Origin: Bacteroidaceae bacterium
Lineage (GTDB): Bacteria > Bacteroidota > Bacteroidia > Bacteroidales > Bacteroidaceae
Direction: 5' to 3'
Length of the DNA: 64,000 bases
NCBI GenBank assembly: GCA_017455585.1
Contig: JAFSZU010000028.1
Span: 3,220-67,219, forward strand
A program made the position numbers and the translations under genes. Shown piece by piece: positions 62,451 to 64,000 of this stretch. Below the pieces are notes generated by a model. It made no database searches. It was not told where the DNA came from and saw only the letters and a program-made list of their open reading frames with translations. Each line of letters opens with the position of its first letter. The first letter of the stretch is position 1.

Positions 62451-64000
62451 ATGAAACGTATCCTCTCTTTCGCATTATTCATTTTTCATTTTTCGTTTTT
62501 TATTTCGTCGCAGACGACCGACCGTGGCTTCATTCATCCCGGCGGTCTGCACACGCAGACAGACTTCGACCGTGTGAAGGCACAGTTGGCAGACGGCAAT
62601 ACTAAGGTGAAACAGGCTTATGCCAAGTTGACGAGTGCTGCTTACGCACAGAGCAGCGTACAGACCTATCCCGTGGAGACCATTGTACGCGGCGGTGGAA
62701 GCGGTGAGAACTACATTAATGCGGCACGAGGGGCTACGATGGCCTACCAGAACGCCCTGCGCTGGAAAATCGGCGGTACGGAAGCCAATGCCAAGGCTGC
62801 CGTGAGGATTCTCATGGCGTGGTGCAATACGACGAAAGCCATTAGCGGCAACTCCGACCAGTGTCTGGCCGTGGGGCTCTACGGCTATCAGTTTGCACAG
62901 GCTGCTGAGTTGATGCGCGACTACGAAGGTTGGAGCCGAGAAGATTTCCAGAAGTTTCAGCACTGGATGCTCAAACTGTGGTATCCAAAGGCTATTAACT
63001 TTCTTCGCTCACGCAACGGCACTTGGGAAAACTCGAGCAAATGGTGGCAGGCACCCGGTCACTACTGGTCGAACTGGGGACTGTGTAACTGCCTCTGCGT
63101 GGCTATGATCGGCATCCTCTGCGACGACGTGTTCATCTACAATCAGGCCATGTCCTATTTCAAATATGACCAGTGCGGCACGTTCCGCGACCCGCGAACT
63201 GAGGTTCCTATCAAGAACGACGGCCTCACCGAGTTTCTCGGCAACCTCGTGGTGACTACTTCCGAGAGTGAACTTGAAACAGGTGCTTACGGGGAGCTCG
63301 GACAGATGAATGAGAGCGGACGCGACACGGGCCACTCGGCCATGGCGCTGGGCCTGGCCGTGGATATGGCCAAGGTGGGCTGGAACCAGGGCGACGACCT
63401 CTTCGCCTACATGGACCACCGCCTGGCTGCCGGCATCGAGTACGTGGCGGCACAGACGCAGAGCATCGAGGGTCTGCCGTGGGTGAACTACCACTATGCC
63501 AACAACGGCTATTACTACAGCGACTCGCGATCATGGCTGATGGAGGGACCTGCCCTCGGCGCACAGATGCGCCCCTACTGGGGAACGGTCATCGGCATCT
63601 ACGAGGGCGTGAAGGGCGTGCAGATGCCCTTCTCTGAGGTGTCATACAAGAACATGGGCATCGATGAGGGTGGTCAGGGCGGCACCAGCGGCGGCTACGA
63701 CCACTTAGGCTATAGCGTGCTTATGAACACACGCGACGAACAGCTCTGTCCTGCCGACCAGGTGCCCACGGAACTGACGCCGAAGATGGAGTATAGCGGT
63801 ACGCTCACCACGAACCTCATACCCAGCCTGGCACAGGAGAAGACGCGCAAGCTCATCAGTGGAAAGACCCTACTCCACAATGAGCTGGGAGGATTGGTCA
63901 ACACCTATACCTTAAATAATAACACGTGCGTGCCAGCAGGTCAGACGCTGAAGCTCATGCCTCAGCTGCCCGAGGGCGAGGAGGACACAGGACAGTGGCT
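62451..64000 (+). CDS. secreted polysaccharide lyase, alginate-lyase-family-like (3'-truncated by window edge)
   Basis: Hand-translated from ATG 62451 (MKRILSFALFIFHFSFFISSQTTDRGFIHPGGLHTQTDFDRVKAQLADGN...). It is open to the end of the window and is not in the track because it has no stop. A TACTTTTG box lies at 62413-62420. The family call was made by eye from the N-terminal FIHPGGLHT..DFDRVK pattern. Confidence 0.55.
   Translation, partial: MKRILSFALFIFHFSFFISSQTTDRGFIHPGGLHTQTDFDRVKAQLADGNTKVKQAYAKLTSAAYAQSSVQTYPVETIVRGGGSGENYINAARGATMAYQNALRWKIGGTEANAKAAVRILMAWCNTTKAISGNSDQCLAVGLYGYQFAQAAELMRDYEGWSREDFQKFQHWMLKLWYPKAINFLRSRNGTWENSSKWWQAPGHYWSNWGLCNCLCVAMIGILCDDVFIYNQAMSYFKYDQCGTFRDPRTEVPIKNDGLTEFLGNLVVTTSESELETGAYGELGQMNESGRDTGHSAMALGLAVDMAKVGWNQGDDLFAYMDHRLAAGIEYVAAQTQSIEGLPWVNYHYANNGYYYSDSRSWLMEGPALGAQMRPYWGTVIGIYEGVKGVQMPFSEVSYKNMGIDEGGQGGTSGGYDHLGYSVLMNTRDEQLCPADQVPTELTPKMEYSGTLTTNLIPSLAQEKTRKLISGKTLLHNELGGLVNTYTLNNNTCVPAGQTLKLMPQLPEGEEDTGQW

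Noticed and set aside
62475-63564. Minus-strand ORFs (62475-62963, 63009-63494 and 63256-63564) opposite the lyase gene.
   Set aside because: They are antisense shadows. The plus-strand frame is open from ATG 62451 to the window end, has a signal peptide and has a promoter box.

Overview
This is a 64-kb chromosomal segment that looks like Bacteroidota, probably Prevotella-like. The call rests on TAnnTTTG -7 promoter boxes, DUF4468/DUF3078-type proteins, ECF sigma/anti-sigma/outer-membrane receptor trios and a kor operon. By eye the GC content is about 55-60%, and almost all genes are on the minus strand.

**Gene content, left to right**
- An AT-richer island edge (1-1470) that truncates a blaI-like repressor.
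- Two tandem ECF sigma / anti-sigma / outer-membrane receptor modules.
- A sialic-acid (nan) cluster: AGE epimerase, a NanM-mutarotase::SSS transporter fusion, and nanA.
- Housekeeping genes: 2-hydroxyacid dehydrogenase, PPIase, dapA, MaoC-like dehydratase, kdsA, kdsD, cls.
- A porin-like outer-membrane protein and the 2-oxoglutarate:ferredoxin oxidoreductase operon.
- A MacAB-TolC-type efflux operon and a membrane protein + ABC ATPase pair.
- S9 peptidase, yidC, engB, a DUF3078 outer-membrane protein and a GlcNAc-kinase-like ATPase.
- A small glycan locus (two glycosyltransferases, a flippase and a HAD phosphatase).
- panB, a flavoprotein, a TPR protein and glnS.
- A YoeB-type toxin-antitoxin pair, ribE and cstA.
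- An ECF-sigma::TM::TonB_C fusion, a propeller/YYY-AraC one-component sensor, and a partial polysaccharide lyase.
- I saw no rRNA, tRNA, CRISPR array or transposase.

**Main observation**
The striking feature is not a gene cluster. It is an unusually dense population of short repeat families:
- GC-rich hairpin modules.
- A box encoding the peptide PVTVPEGS.
- CGG and CGCG hairpins.
- Arrays phased at exactly 22 bp.
- CACAGATT inverted-repeat elements.
- AT-rich 8-16-bp tandem repeats.

Many copies sit in frame inside otherwise conserved protein-coding genes, including glnS, ribE, nanA, yidC, cls, the transporters and the receptors. Two in-window paralogue pairs show directly that several of these are insertions.

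**Limits**
All family calls come from motif recognition by eye. No database search was run. Repeat coordinates are good to about +-3 bp. The supplied ORF track uses non-ATG starts, so several starts were re-picked by hand.
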